Below, one piece after another: positions 27,725 to 39,819 of a stretch of DNA of 64,000 bases (its first letter is position 1; each line of letters begins with the position of its first letter). A program made the translations under genes and the position numbers. This DNA is from Callorhinchus milii (lineage: Eukaryota), in the NCBI RefSeq assembly GCF_018977255.1, contig NW_024704742.1, positions 23,748,001 through 23,812,000 of the forward strand. The letters run 5' to 3'. The notes under the pieces were generated by a model, which worked only from the letters and a program-made list of their open reading frames with translations, was not told the DNA's origin and searched no databases.

Positions 27725-27985
27725 GCAGTTCCCGCCACGGCTTAGTGGGTAAAAGCCATACAACCTAGGATTGAACCCTAGTCAGTGCTGAACTAACTGA
27801 TCTCGGTCAGTCATGGTAGAAGGGTCATACTGGGCCACAATTTCTGCATGTATCAATGATTGGGAGGGAATAAGGGGGGGGGGAACAAAATAAAGATAAA
27901 GGGATTTCTATACAATAATCCCTACTGCAAAGATCATACCTGTACATGGGCAGCAGTGAGGCTAGAATTGGGTCAGCTCTCATGC
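27725..27985 (+). mobile_element. Older diverged SINE-like family C; related pieces near 3550-3730, 11750-11975, 14500-14900, 30190-30395 and 32685-32895
   Basis: Recurrent motif gtgctgag(t/c)tagctgatctc followed by a purine-rich ggagggg...gccagggttcc segment. Family not named. Confidence 0.5.
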
Positions 27986-27989
27986 CTGA

Positions 27990-28355
27990 CCAACAACAAC
28001 AACATATTACATTTGTATAGCGCCATTCATGTTGGGAGGACATCCCAAGGAGCTGGGCAGTCAAACATTTGCACCCGAGCTGGGATCAGGAGGTGTGAAG
28101 GGCAGGGAGGATAGGGGTAGGAGGGTGACTGAAGGCACGGTTGAAGAGGAGGGTCTTGAGGAGTGCCTTGAAGGAGCACAAGAGAGGCCGAGATGAAGGG
28201 TCTGTGGGATCGAGTTCCAAAGGATGGGAGCAGAAAGCCTGATCGCCGATGGTGGGGCAGGGGAAATGGAGCAGGCCAGATCGCGCTGAGCGGAGTGGTC
28301 AGTTAGGGGTTAACAGATCAGAGTTAGGGAGGAGCAAGGCCGTGGAGGGCTTTGA
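27990..28355 (-). mobile_element. L2-A 3' fragment
   Basis: (CAA)n tail, hairpin and ORF2 end on minus. Confidence 0.8.
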
Positions 28356-31254
28356 AATGGAAGTCCAGCAACATTTGGCAGCGGGTTTCACACACGAAGA
28401 GCAACCAATTCTCCCCCTCTCCCTACCTCCCCAAGTCGTCTGACAGCGTCCACAAACCCACAACCATGACTCACAACATCTGTGAGAAGAAAGAAAACCA
28501 GGGCAGGGAACAGAGACTAAACACAACTGAAGCAGTTTACCGGCAATTCAACATCGTTCACATAACGACTATGCCGGAGGGGATCGTAAAATGATAATGG
28601 TCATTTTTTTTTTAAACATTTGTGACATGGCCCACCCCAAAAGCCTTACACATACTGCACCACCACTCGCTGTTGTCACAGTCTTATGCTGGTGAGCTGT
28701 AAACAGAGTAATCAGCAATAAAGGGCAGCATTTCCGCAGCAATTTTCGCATAGGTCTGAATTCAGGCCCCCATAGTCTTCCACGCCTTATGTGGTTTCAT
28801 GCACAAATACCTTCATTCCATTCTTCTGACTAGATTAACAGCAGGACCTCTTTGCAAGTCCATTGCGATGCATTTACCACAAAACACTTCGCAGAGAGTT
28901 CTCGGCACGAGGAAATGCAGTCTCCTCCCTCGTCTAAATCTCCGCTGACAGGAATTTTTTTTAGAATCAGGAGTTAGCAGTTCTCCAAACAGAAACACCC
29001 TGTGGCGAACAATCCATCCAGTCAGCAGTTTCCAACACGGTGAGAGACTGTGCTGGGAGTCTGCCAGGAATGCAGAGTCTGGTTTGCGATCAATTGTCCC
29101 ACAGAAACTAGCATCTCTCTGGCCAGCGGAAACCTTGTGGAAGTTCAGATTCAGAGAGATAAACTTGAACCGCACTGAGGGTTTTCTAAACTAATGTTAA
29201 AGGCAAATGGCAGAAACCTGGAGAGAGGGGGGGGGGGAAAGAAAAAATCTGAAACTTTTCTACAGCACACACGATCAGTAGCTCACATTCTCTCAGCGCT
29301 GAAGCTTTTGGGCAATATCAGGCGTAAACGTTTCAGAGAATTTTCTTTTTGAAACAAATTGCAAAAGCCTGCTCTTTTTTCCCCCAGCGGGGTTTATTGG
29401 AGAATTAAGCTCACAGAATAAAAGCTCATAGCATAAAAGCGACTGCATACCACGACTCGTAGTAATGTTGACTATTTTAAATATTATAAATATATTATCA
29501 AATATTTGTAAAAATTTGGTCACTGTTTGTGGGACACTGCTGTGCACAATTGGCTGCTGCATTTCACCCACAAAATATACAGTCAATTCGCTTTACAGTA
29601 TATTGTCAACAACGTAATAAGGTGCTATATCAAATATAATTATTATTAAAGCACTGCATGCATTGAGTGCACTTCTGCTCTGTGCATCCGAAAGAGAAAC
29701 CGAGTTTGAAAGATCATACCTGAAACTTAAGCTAAGAATCACATCTGAAATGTTAACCGATTTTACACTTTCAGAGGCTGAGTGACCTGCTGTGAACTGC
29801 CAGCGTTTTCTGCTTTTACTGTAACAATGAACCAGCAACTCGCTAGCCTGCGCAAATGACAAAATAACTACAATAATCATAAATCCTTTTTTCCGTTGCT
29901 GCTTTTTGGACGATCTTATTCAATGAGAATTTGTCAGTTCAGTCAGCAATAAGTCAAATTTTCCATGGAAATCAGCTGGACAATGTTTGCAACCTTCTGG
30001 GCTGTTCTGACTGGTTGAGCAGACTTTTCTGGTTCTTGTTGTCAAGGTCTAATACACTGACTATTTCACAGTGAAACAACACAGGAACAAACAGCTGCTG
30101 AAAGGAAAAGCTGACATAGACCACGTGCAGACCTCCACTTGTACTGAAGTCAATTGACCATAATATCTTTTCAGTGGGTGAAGGAACTGCCCAGTACGGC
30201 ACTAAGACCTGGTTCTGTGCTGAGCTAGCTGATCTTACACACGATGGCAATTTGGGTGTTACAATTAACTTAAACGCCCCTGAGTTGGGAAACCGGGACA
30301 AATTGCCAAGCTTCCTATGCCTGATTACACCCTCCTCCAAGCCCTGATGGAAAGTGCCATTATGTGGACACTGGAGAACAACTCAGCAGGGTTGGTCATA
30401 TAATAATAATAATAATCCTTGCATTTGACATACTGCCTCATCACATCATTCATATGTCTCAACGCGCTTCACAGAATAATATGTAAAGTGAATCGACTGT
30501 ATTGTGAGCAAAATGCGGCAGCCAATTCCATACAACAGAGTCCCACAAACGGTCGTGGATTGAGTGAACAATTTTTGGGGTTAAACATCAAGACAAAATG
30601 AAAAGATCACTGTTCCTAAGTGGCCAGTGTACGATAGCAGCGGCCTTCTCTTCCCCCACCCCCATCTCCCCCATCGAGGTTCACCCGTGGGAGCACTTGG
30701 GTAAAGTTGGCAGCCAGGATTATGATATAAAGCGCATCATAATCTGCCTGCATACAATCTCACTTTGACAATAATAGTAATATTTTGGTTGTATTCAAAA
30801 CTGGATTGGAGACCAGTGGAACCATACCACAGCATACAGTCAGCTCTGTCAGGAAAGGGGGAAAATAAAGTGAAAGGGTTTACATCAATAAATCCAGAAT
30901 TCTTTCCCAGGGGTTTCAGTTACACTTGACTCATATTTTACATCTAAGTGCAGTAGATCTCAAGCAATACTTGCACCACAGGAAGTGGTATTACAAATCC
31001 TGCAACCCTAGCTTTTTCCCACGGTTTTAAAGTGTTCTTGCACTGCACCCTCTCCCATCGCCAATCATAGCTGAGTGAACTGAAGGGAAATTCAAAAGGC
31101 ATTGGAGGAAACAAAAAGAAGACATTTGCTTGCAGACATGAAAAAATATTGGTCACAGTTCCACACCAGTTCACACTGGAATGCTCCATCCACTTCAGGG
31201 AGAAGGAGGTGGTCATTTTCAATATGACCACACCTTTACTTCCATCCTTTATGT

Positions 31255-31590
31255 GTCAGCCTTGCTCAGTGGTAGCGCTTTTGCCTCAGAGTCAGAAGAT
31301 TGTGGGTTTAAGCCCCAGGTCGGACTTGGAATCTACATAGTCTAAGCTGACCCTCCAATGCAGTGCCATGGGTGTGCTGCATCTTTGGAGGTGCCGTCTT
31401 TCACATGAGACGCTAAACCGAGTCCCCTTCTGCTTGCTCAAGTGGACAATAAAGATCCCATGGAACTAATCGAAAAGAGAAGGGAATTTCCTGGCTAAAA
31501 ATTCCTCAAATAAAATTGGTCACTCACTCCACAGCTGTTCCTGTGACATATGCATGCATAAGTCTGCTGCTGTGTTCGCCTGTAAAATAC
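31255..31590 (+). mobile_element. Deu-domain SINE, tail interrupted
   Basis: Clear tRNA head and Deu core ggtgccgtctttcacatgagacgctaaaccgag. Confidence 0.85.
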
Positions 31591-32118
31591 ACATGTACAT
31601 GTTATAGTGTAACTTTATTGTTGTGTATGTGCATACGTCACATCAGCAGCATATACTCTGCTTGGTCCATGCTTGTTCCTGATGGACTGAATGCACCTAT
31701 AATACACAGCACATTTTTTCTGCGTATTTTGGCAGTCAGTCGCTGGTATCGTAGATGTTTCAGGCACTCGTTTTTCTCGCAGGCTGGTCAGTCACAGCGC
31801 GTGAAGTAATATCCAGGGTCCCTTGCTGTAGTTGATGTAAGTTTCAGTTTATTCTGTGTACCATTATGTACATACATATATATAGTACAATATTAGCATT
31901 TCAGTTGGTTGATGAAAGTAAAAACTTACCGCGGCTAATTTGCAGTGCTAGAAGAGCATATATAGTGCATAAAAATGTGCAAAATAGTATATAGGTATAC
32001 ACATACAATGTTTTTATGTATATTATCTACACTGAGTCCCTTTCTATTATAGAGTGGCCATTTCTCTTAGGGTCTCTTATTGGCCACACTTGTGAATTTG
32101 GCTTGGACAGCACTGTTA

Positions 32119-32603
32119 TCTATAGATGTATATATTATATATATAAAAAATACTAATAAAACAACAATGTATCTGTGCTTCACAATAGCCGATTGACAGA
32201 GACATGATCTATACCTCATCGGGAAGGTCCTGGGACTGGGAGTGACATGGGCATATTTGTTTTCCGGTTTCTGCTATTGTTCGTGAGTTATTTTCAGTTT
32301 TGCGTTTTTTGCTGTAGTTACGCCTGGTGGCTGCCAAGTCGAAGTGACACTGTGGCACCCTGCATCACAAAGCACCTATGTATGTACGCACTCACTGCAA
32401 TTACACCTCGTGGACGCACCGGCTGACCATGGCGCTGTTGCATCCTGCGTCACAGAGCACCAAGCGGTGGGAACAAAATAAAGAATACAGACGAAGCTAA
32501 GCCGTGGCAACCAAAACATTACATTTTTAAAGCGCTGAGTCCTCCCAAAAAGAGTCCTCCCGGATGAGTATAGATAAAGATGAAATGCAACAGGTACAGC
32601 CAG
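32119..32603 (+). mobile_element. Non-autonomous Helitron-like element, copy 1
   Basis: A|TCTATA start, ggtacagCCAG|T end, colinear with 59708-60429, no TSD seen. Confidence 0.55.
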
Positions 32604-33671
32604 TAAAGCAATAGAGTCAAAATCTTCAGTGATTTAAATACTAAACCAAAGACACTACAACTGTTAACAAATCCTGACCATCACACCCTGCTTCCCAGGG
32701 GGAATCAGCGGAGAGATAGCAGGAGTGGGAACCTTGAAGGATTTAATTTCCCCTCCTCCTCAATGGCCCAAGAACATGGTAGGCCAATTATTGCACCTGC
32801 ACCACTACCCAGCCTGACATTGGTTAACTCTAAAGAGGTGAGCAATTGAACCTGGGATCTCCCTCAGTAGCATAATGCCTTTATTAATTGAGCCAAAAGG
32901 AACACTGTAATACCAATGCAATACAAGGAACTCTACCAGATAAAAGAAACTACTTTTAGACTAGATGATTTGTTACAACTGTGCAGCTGATAGTATATAC
33001 AGCATAATTTAGAGATTTGCATTTCTAGTACGTCATAATCTGAAAGGCTGTGAGTCAGCGCTTATTAAATATCAATACAATGTTTGCAGCTTATTCACAC
33101 ATCACAACGAATGCACATCCATTCACAGAAAACCAACTGTGACCACGTACAGCTATGGTAAACAACAAGAATTTCATTTACATAGAGTTCCTCACGCAAG
33201 GGTAGCGTCCCAGAGTTGATGGTGGTTAAAGTGCTGTAAACTACTTTCAACGCCAAAACCCAACAAGCAAGTCACTAAATTCCAGCTTCCGCCAATGTAA
33301 TGGTTAATTATTGATCACATTTCGCCAATACATCAATCCTTGTTTGTGTTTAAAGCCGGATTAAAACACAGTTCAGAGAACCCAGAGGCACTTCTGTAGG
33401 TCCTTTTAGTGAAACAGTTCCTTCTACTCCTTGAGGAAACGTTTATGAACCATAAGGACCCAGTACTGTCAGCTCTCTTCAAATCACTGGCACCTACAAT
33501 ACAAGACCATTTCACTTCTACATTGAATATAAAAGAGAAAGGCAAACAGGCAGCAACATGCCCTTCACATTCATGTGCATGTATAGACTTGCATGCGACA
33601 GAGGCATAGTTTTTAAACAAAAGAGGTCTAATTTTGGTTGTGGGAAGTAATGTTTTAGTTTATTCAAAATA

Positions 33672-34480
33672 AAAACAACAAGATTACATTTGTATAGCGC
33701 CTTTCATGTCGGGAGGACATCCCAAGGCACTGGACAGAGTACAGCAGCTGGGGTTGGGTGGGTAGGGAGGGAAAGGGGGGTGGCCGATGGTATGGTCAAA
33801 GAGGAGGGTCTTGAGGCGGGACTTGAAGGAGGCTAAGGAGGGGGTGAGGCGGAGTGATTGGGGGATGGAATTCTAGAGGTTGGGAGCAGAGTAGCTGAAG
33901 GCTCTCCCGCCAATGGTGGGGCGGGTGGATCGGGGGACGTGGAGTAGGCCAGAGCCGGCTGAGCGGAGGGAACGGGCGGGTTGGTAGGGGGTTAGGAGGT
34001 CGCAGAGATAGGGCGAAGCCATGGAGGGCTTTGTATGTGAGGACCAGGATCTTGAACTGGATCCTCTGAAGGATAGGGAGCCAATGGAGTCGGGTGAGAA
34101 TGGGGTCACGGAGTTGGGTGGGGGAGAGGACAAGGGCTGCAGAGTTCTGCAGCCTGTGGAGGGAAGAATTGGGAAGGCCAACAAGCAGGGAGTTTGCATA
34201 GTCGAGCCTAGAGGTGATGAAGGCATGAACAAGAGTTTCTGCGGCCTGAGGGGTGAGGTAGTGGCGGAGTCGGGCGATGTTACGGAGGTGAGGGAAGGCA
34301 GAGCGGGTTATGGCTTGAATGTGGGGGAGAAAAGACAGTTGAAGGTCAAACAAGACACCTAGGTTCCTGACTGACTTGGTGAGTTGTAGTGTGCAACCAT
34401 GGAGGTTGATATTGCCAGAGCCTGAGGTCCTGGCACGAACCAATCAGGAGGGCCTCAGTCTTGTTCACATTCAACTGTAG
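33672..34480 (-). mobile_element. L2-A 3' fragment
   Basis: 215-aa ORF (SVRNLGVLFDLQLSF...SRLDYANSLL) with intact 3' end. Confidence 0.9.
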
Positions 34481-35774
34481 AAAAAAAAGTACCCGACTCG
34501 AATCACCAATTTTTGCCCTAAACCCTTTATGTGCGTAAAGTTTCTGAAATGAAAATTCAAAAGAGCAGGTTTGACTGAATTTTTCCATTCAGATATTTTT
34601 TAATGTTAAAGAACGATGAAGTGTGTGAAATCTGGCTTCCCCCCCACTCCCTTTCCCCTTTTTGCCCAAGGAACACTGGCCAAAAATCAGCAAATGCAGT
34701 ATCGGTCTGGCAAAGAACCTGGTGCACCTTCCTGGTGTGGGTGGCTAGATGGTGCGTTATTACTCATTAAGTCACGGGAGATCAAGAAGTCAAGGGAAAA
34801 AAAGAGGAAAGGGCGTTTCATCTCCTTCATGCTGGTCACTTCATGCTGAAGTGCTTGGTCATATGAAGGCAATGATTACCTTCAAATCACGCAGCGCCAC
34901 TAACCTTATCAAGCTTTCAGTTAACAACAACAAAATTACATTTATAGAGCGCCTTTCACGTCGGGAGGACATCCCAAAGCGCTGAAAACCATTGCTATAT
35001 CAAGGCGCTGTATCAAATGCAAGGATTATTATTATGATTAATATATTGCTGAGCTGACTGCAGAAAGGCTGAAACACACATTGAAATGGCTCCTTTAAAA
35101 CCAACTACTTGGCACATGTCACAAACGATAAGAAACAGCAGGCAGAGAGTTAGCAAGTACAAAGGTCACAATTTGTAAGACCTCAATAAAGACTGCTAAC
35201 ATTCAGCTGGGGAATGGATTGATGTTTGCAATCCTTTGCGTTACACTTTCACAGCTGATAAGGTCATTACAACAACAACTTACGTTTGTATAGTGCCTTT
35301 ACGTCAGGAGGGCATCAATCCCTCAACTGAATAAAATTCAGCACAACGCACATCCGGCAGCAAGATACAAGGCACCAATTAATTCAAGCGATTTGTATGA
35401 GGACCGGAACGGCAACAGTAAAGCTCACACTTTTTTTGTGCAAGTGTGTGTGTGAGTATTTTTCCCCTCCTCCTCTCCAATCTCCATAGTCAGGGCTGTT
35501 TTAAGCGCTCCGAGACGCGTGGAAGGCGCTATACAAGTGCAAGTTGTTGTTGTCCTTGATCATTATCTGGTGATCTCAGCTGTAAAGTGTAGCAGGTACA
35601 TAAGTGATGACAGGATTGAGCTCAGCTGCCTACATTCTTGACACAAAGAATGAGTCAGCACCTTTAAGAAAAATGGGGTTCCCGAGAGATTTGAATGAAG
35701 AAGGCCTTTTGATTCCCCTTTGCTCTCATCTTTCCAGAATGCCCACTCTGTCCTCCCATCACATCAACAAGATG

Positions 35775-35925
35775 CTTTTAAATGTGTCCAGCATCCTGAC
35801 CTCAACCACCCTTCCTGGTAACCAGTCATTAATTACTCACTGTGTAAAGAAATGCAGCATTTGTTGGTGTCTGTCCTAAAGATGCCTATTGGAATTCTAA
35901 ATCTGTGTTCTCGTGTCCTGCTGAC
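35775..35925 (-). mobile_element. CR1 ORF2 C-terminal remnant
   Basis: SRTREHRFRIPIGIFRTD resembles CR1 RTRGH...FRTD. Confidence 0.65.
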
Positions 35926-35935
35926 TAGGTGAAAG

Positions 35936-36258
35936 TAATAATAATAATCCTTGCATTTGATATAGCGCTTTTCACGTCGGGAGGACGTCCCGAAGTGCTT
36001 CACAGAACACACTGTAAAGTGAATTGACTGTATATTTTTTTGTGGGCGAACGCGGCAGCCAATTGCGCACAGCAATGTCCCACAAACAGTCGTAGATTGA
36101 AAATGACTAATTTTTATTATTGCTTTTGGTTTGGGAGGGATTATTATTAGGCTCTGTGTGGAGTAAGGAAACTTGCCCAAGGTTTCGCCCTGCCTGGAAT
36201 TGAACTCAGGTCTCTCGCTTGCAAAGCGAGTGCTCTAACCACTGAGCTACAGGACTCC
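35936..36258 (-). mobile_element. tRNA-Ala-derived SINE (family B), well preserved
   Basis: Full head with A and B boxes on minus. 3' hairpin has the L2-A-type loop. Confidence 0.9.
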
Positions 36259-36384
36259 ACAAATTGTTCTGGATTTACTTTCCCCAATCAACAACAACAA
36301 CTTGGATTTATATAGCACCTTTCACGCCGGGCGGCGTCTCAGAGCTGATTTAAACTCTTCTTTACCTTTGAGCGAAAAGTGAAA

Positions 36385-37375
36385 ACAAAACAACGACAAC
36401 AAAATTACATTTGTATACAGGGAGAGGACACGGGCTGCAGAGTTCTAGATGGTCTGCAGCCTATGGAGGGCGGAGTTGAGGAGACCGACAAGCAAGGAGT
36501 TTGCATAGTCAAACCTCAATCTTATGAATGCGTGTATGAGGGTTTCGGTGGCCTGAGGTGTGAGACCATGGCGGAGCCAGGCGATGTGGGAGAAGGTAAA
36601 GCGGATCATGGCACAGATGTGGGGTAGAAAGGATAGTTGAGGGTCAAATAAAACACCAAGATTCCGGATGGGCTTAGCAAGGCGGAGTATGCATCCATGG
36701 ATGGTGATGCTGTCAGTGCCTGAGGTGTGGAGGCACTGACGGAAGCCAATCGGGAGAACCTCGGTCTTGTTGACATCCAACTGAAGAAAGTTAGCTCTAA
36801 TCCAGGACTTGATGTCCAATAGACATTGTGTGAGGACAGCAGTGGTCCTGGAGTCAAGGGTGGAGGCAGAGAGGTAGAGTTGGGTATCAACCACATACAT
36901 GTGGAAGTTAACCCCATGCCTGCAGATGATGTCACCAAGAGGGAGCATATAGATGTTGAAGAGGAGGGGACCAAGGACAGAGCCCTGACGAACACTGCAC
37001 GAGATGGTCCGGGGACTAGAGGAGAAACCGTTTGTGAAGATGAAGTGGAGGTGGTGTGAGAGATAAGATCTGAACCATTCAAGGACATAACCGTGAAGGT
37101 TGAGGTGAAAGGAGAGGCGGTGAATGAGGATAGAGTAGTCAATAGTGTCAAAGGTAGTAGAAGTCAAGGAGGATGAGGAGGCAGAGGGAGTCCTGGTCGT
37201 AGATAGACAGATGTCATTTTGACCAGGGCCGTTTCTGTGCTGTGTGCAGCACGGACACCCGATTGGAGGGGTTCGTGAAGGGAATCGCGGGAGAGGAAGC
37301 AGCGAAGGCAGGAAGCAACATTACTTTCCAGGACCTTGGAGAGAAAAGGGAGGTTGGAGATGAGGTGGTAGTTTG
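36385..37375 (-). mobile_element. L2-A reverse transcriptase pseudogene
   Basis: 240-aa ORF with QGSVLGPLLFNIY. Catalytic YADD is mutated to YVVD. The 3' part is deleted but the tail remains. Confidence 0.9.
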
Positions 37376-38024
37376 AGAAAAAAGAAACTAAATGGAATCG
37401 GCTCGACAACTCACAAACTGAATCCGTTACTTGAAAGGGAGTGCTTGGTGTTGCAGGGCCATTAACTACTCCCTGGAATTAATTCATTGTTTACAACAAA
37501 TTTCCCGGTTTGGCTGGATCACCCTGATCCAAAGCAGCTGCTCTCATTAAATCCAATGGCGCCACGGAGGCTCTCAGTAATGGGCATGGCCAGAGCGGTC
37601 TAACACAAGAGAAAGCAGGTCCAAGTTTATCACAGTGAAGAATTTTTGGAGGAGGAATCCAGCCAGGTGTCTGACACGTGTGGAAACCTATCACCATGCT
37701 CAAGAGCATCCAAACCAAACTGAGTATTCCATACATCCCACCTACACGTGGAAATCTCAGATCATGGGGAAGAACCCACGCTGGGAGGGTGGGATTGCAT
37801 TCTGGAGTTTTGTTCCTAGAAGCAATGCAAAGTGTTCCTGGATTTCAGTTCCCCTTTTTAAAGAAAGTACCATAAATCCAACAACAAAATCAAGCTACAA
37901 TGAAAGGCTTATCAAGGAGAACAATTGGGGCATTTTCAACAGAACATGAGTAGTCCCTGTGTAATGACAATACCAGGGTTAAGATAGCTATCTCATCAGT
38001 GGAGGTACAACAACAAACAATCGG

Positions 38025-38277
38025 CTCTGGGACTCCATCCCCCAGTGCCTTCGCCGCCTCCTCCCTTTCCTCCTTCAAGGCCGGTCTCAAGACCTTTCTC
38101 TTGACCGTGCCTTCAGCTCCCCTCTCGACTCTCTACCCCCTCCTCGCCCCCTCCCTTCCCTCCCCTCACCCTGACCATTTCCCCCCGGCTCGGGTCCTGA
38201 CCCAACCGTCCAGCGCCTTGGGACGTCCTCCTGACGTGAAAAACGCTCTAGAAATGGAATCTTGTTGTTGTTGTTGT
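38025..38277 (+). mobile_element. L2-A 3' end
   Basis: SFKAGLKTFL, hairpin gcgccttgggacgtcctcctgacgtg, (TTG)n tail. Confidence 0.8.
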
Positions 38278-38639
38278 AACACGCATTTATGATAACGTGG
38301 CTCTCGGTTTCTCCTTCCATCCCCCCCCCCCACAAGCACAATAAAAACACAGCAATGGCAAACATCACAGGTTGGATGCGCTACTACTCCTGAAACAGGT
38401 CCTTCTCAAACGTGTAGTTGATTATTCAGGGACTAATAACAACATCACACATTGATGACACATCGCTTTCTGGCTGGATTCAGGATTATTAATAATATCA
38501 GATCTACATGAGGCCACTCGAATGAAGCAGTTTCTCCCAGGTAACAATTCTGTGTGGATGTCCAGAGGTTTGGGGGGGGGGCAGTGACCCATTCCCAGAT
38601 AACCATCACTAGAGTGCAGTCCACAACCTTAACAGGGCA

Positions 38640-38890
38640 GCCAGAGAGAGAGAGGGGGGGGAGAGAGAGGTGGGGGGGAGAGAGAGGGGGGGGGAGAGAG
38701 AATGGGGGGAGAGAGGAGGGGGAAAGAGAGAGGGGGGGAGAGAGAGGAGGGGGGGAGAGAGGAGGGGGGGGAGAGGAGGGAGGGGGGGGGGAGGTGGGGG
38801 GGAGAAGGGGGGGGGGGAGAGAGAGGGGGGGGAGGGGGGGGAAGAGAGGGGGGGGGAGAGAGGGGGGGGGGGGAGAAGGGGGGGGGGGAG
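38640..38890 (+). repeat. G/A polypurine low-complexity tract
   Basis: Nearly pure G/A with many G5-G12 runs. Confidence 0.95.
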
Positions 38891-39154
38891 CCCCAGTCCC
38901 TATGTGGTCTGGTAGCTTCCAATACACACACAACACACACACAGAGAGATGGTTTTCTCAGTGCGCAGTACATTCCCTTCACTGAAGCTAAAACGTTTCC
39001 CGACACTTTCAAGCAATCGAGGCTATTTATTCCCTGGTGTTTCAGAGCCTGACTCTCGGGGTGACAGCTAACCCCGGGGGGGGGGGGGGCAAACACACTG
39101 AACCGCTCCACCTAAAGGTGGGGGTCTGTGGGAGCGCCTCACTCTCTCTCTCTC

Positions 39155-39185
<31 letters not shown>

Positions 39186-39244
39186 TACTTAAACAGATTG
39201 GGACAAAAAAACATGTGGGAGTGCAAGTTTCCCTTATGAGCATT

Positions 39245-39632
39245 CCCCCCAACCCCCCCACCCCAGCCCCCCCCCCCCAGCCCCCTCAACCCCACCCCCA
39301 ACCCCCCCACCTCAGCCCAGCCACCCCCCCCACCCCAGCCACCCCCCACCTCAACCCAGCCACCCCCCCCAGCCCCAGCCCACCCCCACCCCCCAACCCA
39401 CCCCAACCCCCCACCTCAGCCCAGCCACCCCCCCCCACCCCAGCCCACCCCCCACCTCAGCCCAGCCACCCCCCCCACCCCAGCCACCCCCCCCACCCAG
39501 CCACCCCCCCCCCCAGCCCAGCCACCCCCCCCACCCACCCCCCCACCTCAGCCCAGCCACCCCCCACCTCAGCCCAGCCACCCCCCCCACCTCAGCCCAG
39601 CCACCCCCCCCACCCCAGCCACCCCCCCCCCC
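39245..39632 (+). repeat. C-rich minisatellite (ccccacctcagcccagcca variants)
   Basis: Seen directly. Confidence 0.95.
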
Positions 39633-39673
39633 TTTACAGGCTGCTCGGTGTGCAGTGGACGGTGCTGGTGTAC

Positions 39674-39791
39674 CTGCTGGATGCCGCCTCCTGTTCCCCG
39701 ACGAGACGCGCCTGGAGCCGGGGTCCCTGTCGCTCGCCCCTCGCAAATCCTCCTCCTCTTCCTCCTGAAGCCAGGCTTCCGCCATCATCAT
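39674..39791 (-). CDS. SH3D19: SH3 domain-containing protein 19, coding exon 1 (MMMAEAWLQEEEEEDLRGASDRDPGSRRVSSGNRRRHPA-D)
   Basis: Three tandem ATGs (39791, 39788, 39785) in a CpG-rich patch. Donor GCAG|gtacac in phase 1 joins exon 2 to give Asp. Resembles my recollection of the mammalian long-isoform start MAEGRRREDEEEELR. Confidence 0.85.
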
Positions 39792-39819
39792 ATAGGGAAT
39801 AGGATGCACGGCAGCACAG

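Noticed and set aside
39245..39632. Resemblance to immunoglobulin switch-region pentamers (GGGCT/GGGGT)
   Set aside because: No AGCT motifs and no Ig segments nearby. It is the start of SH3D19 intron 1.
12458..39673. Nested serine protease gene (PRSS48 lies in this intron in human, as I recall)
   Set aside because: I saw no IVGG, TAAHC or GDSGGP motifs in the ORF track or by eye. A TBLASTN would be needed to exclude remnants.
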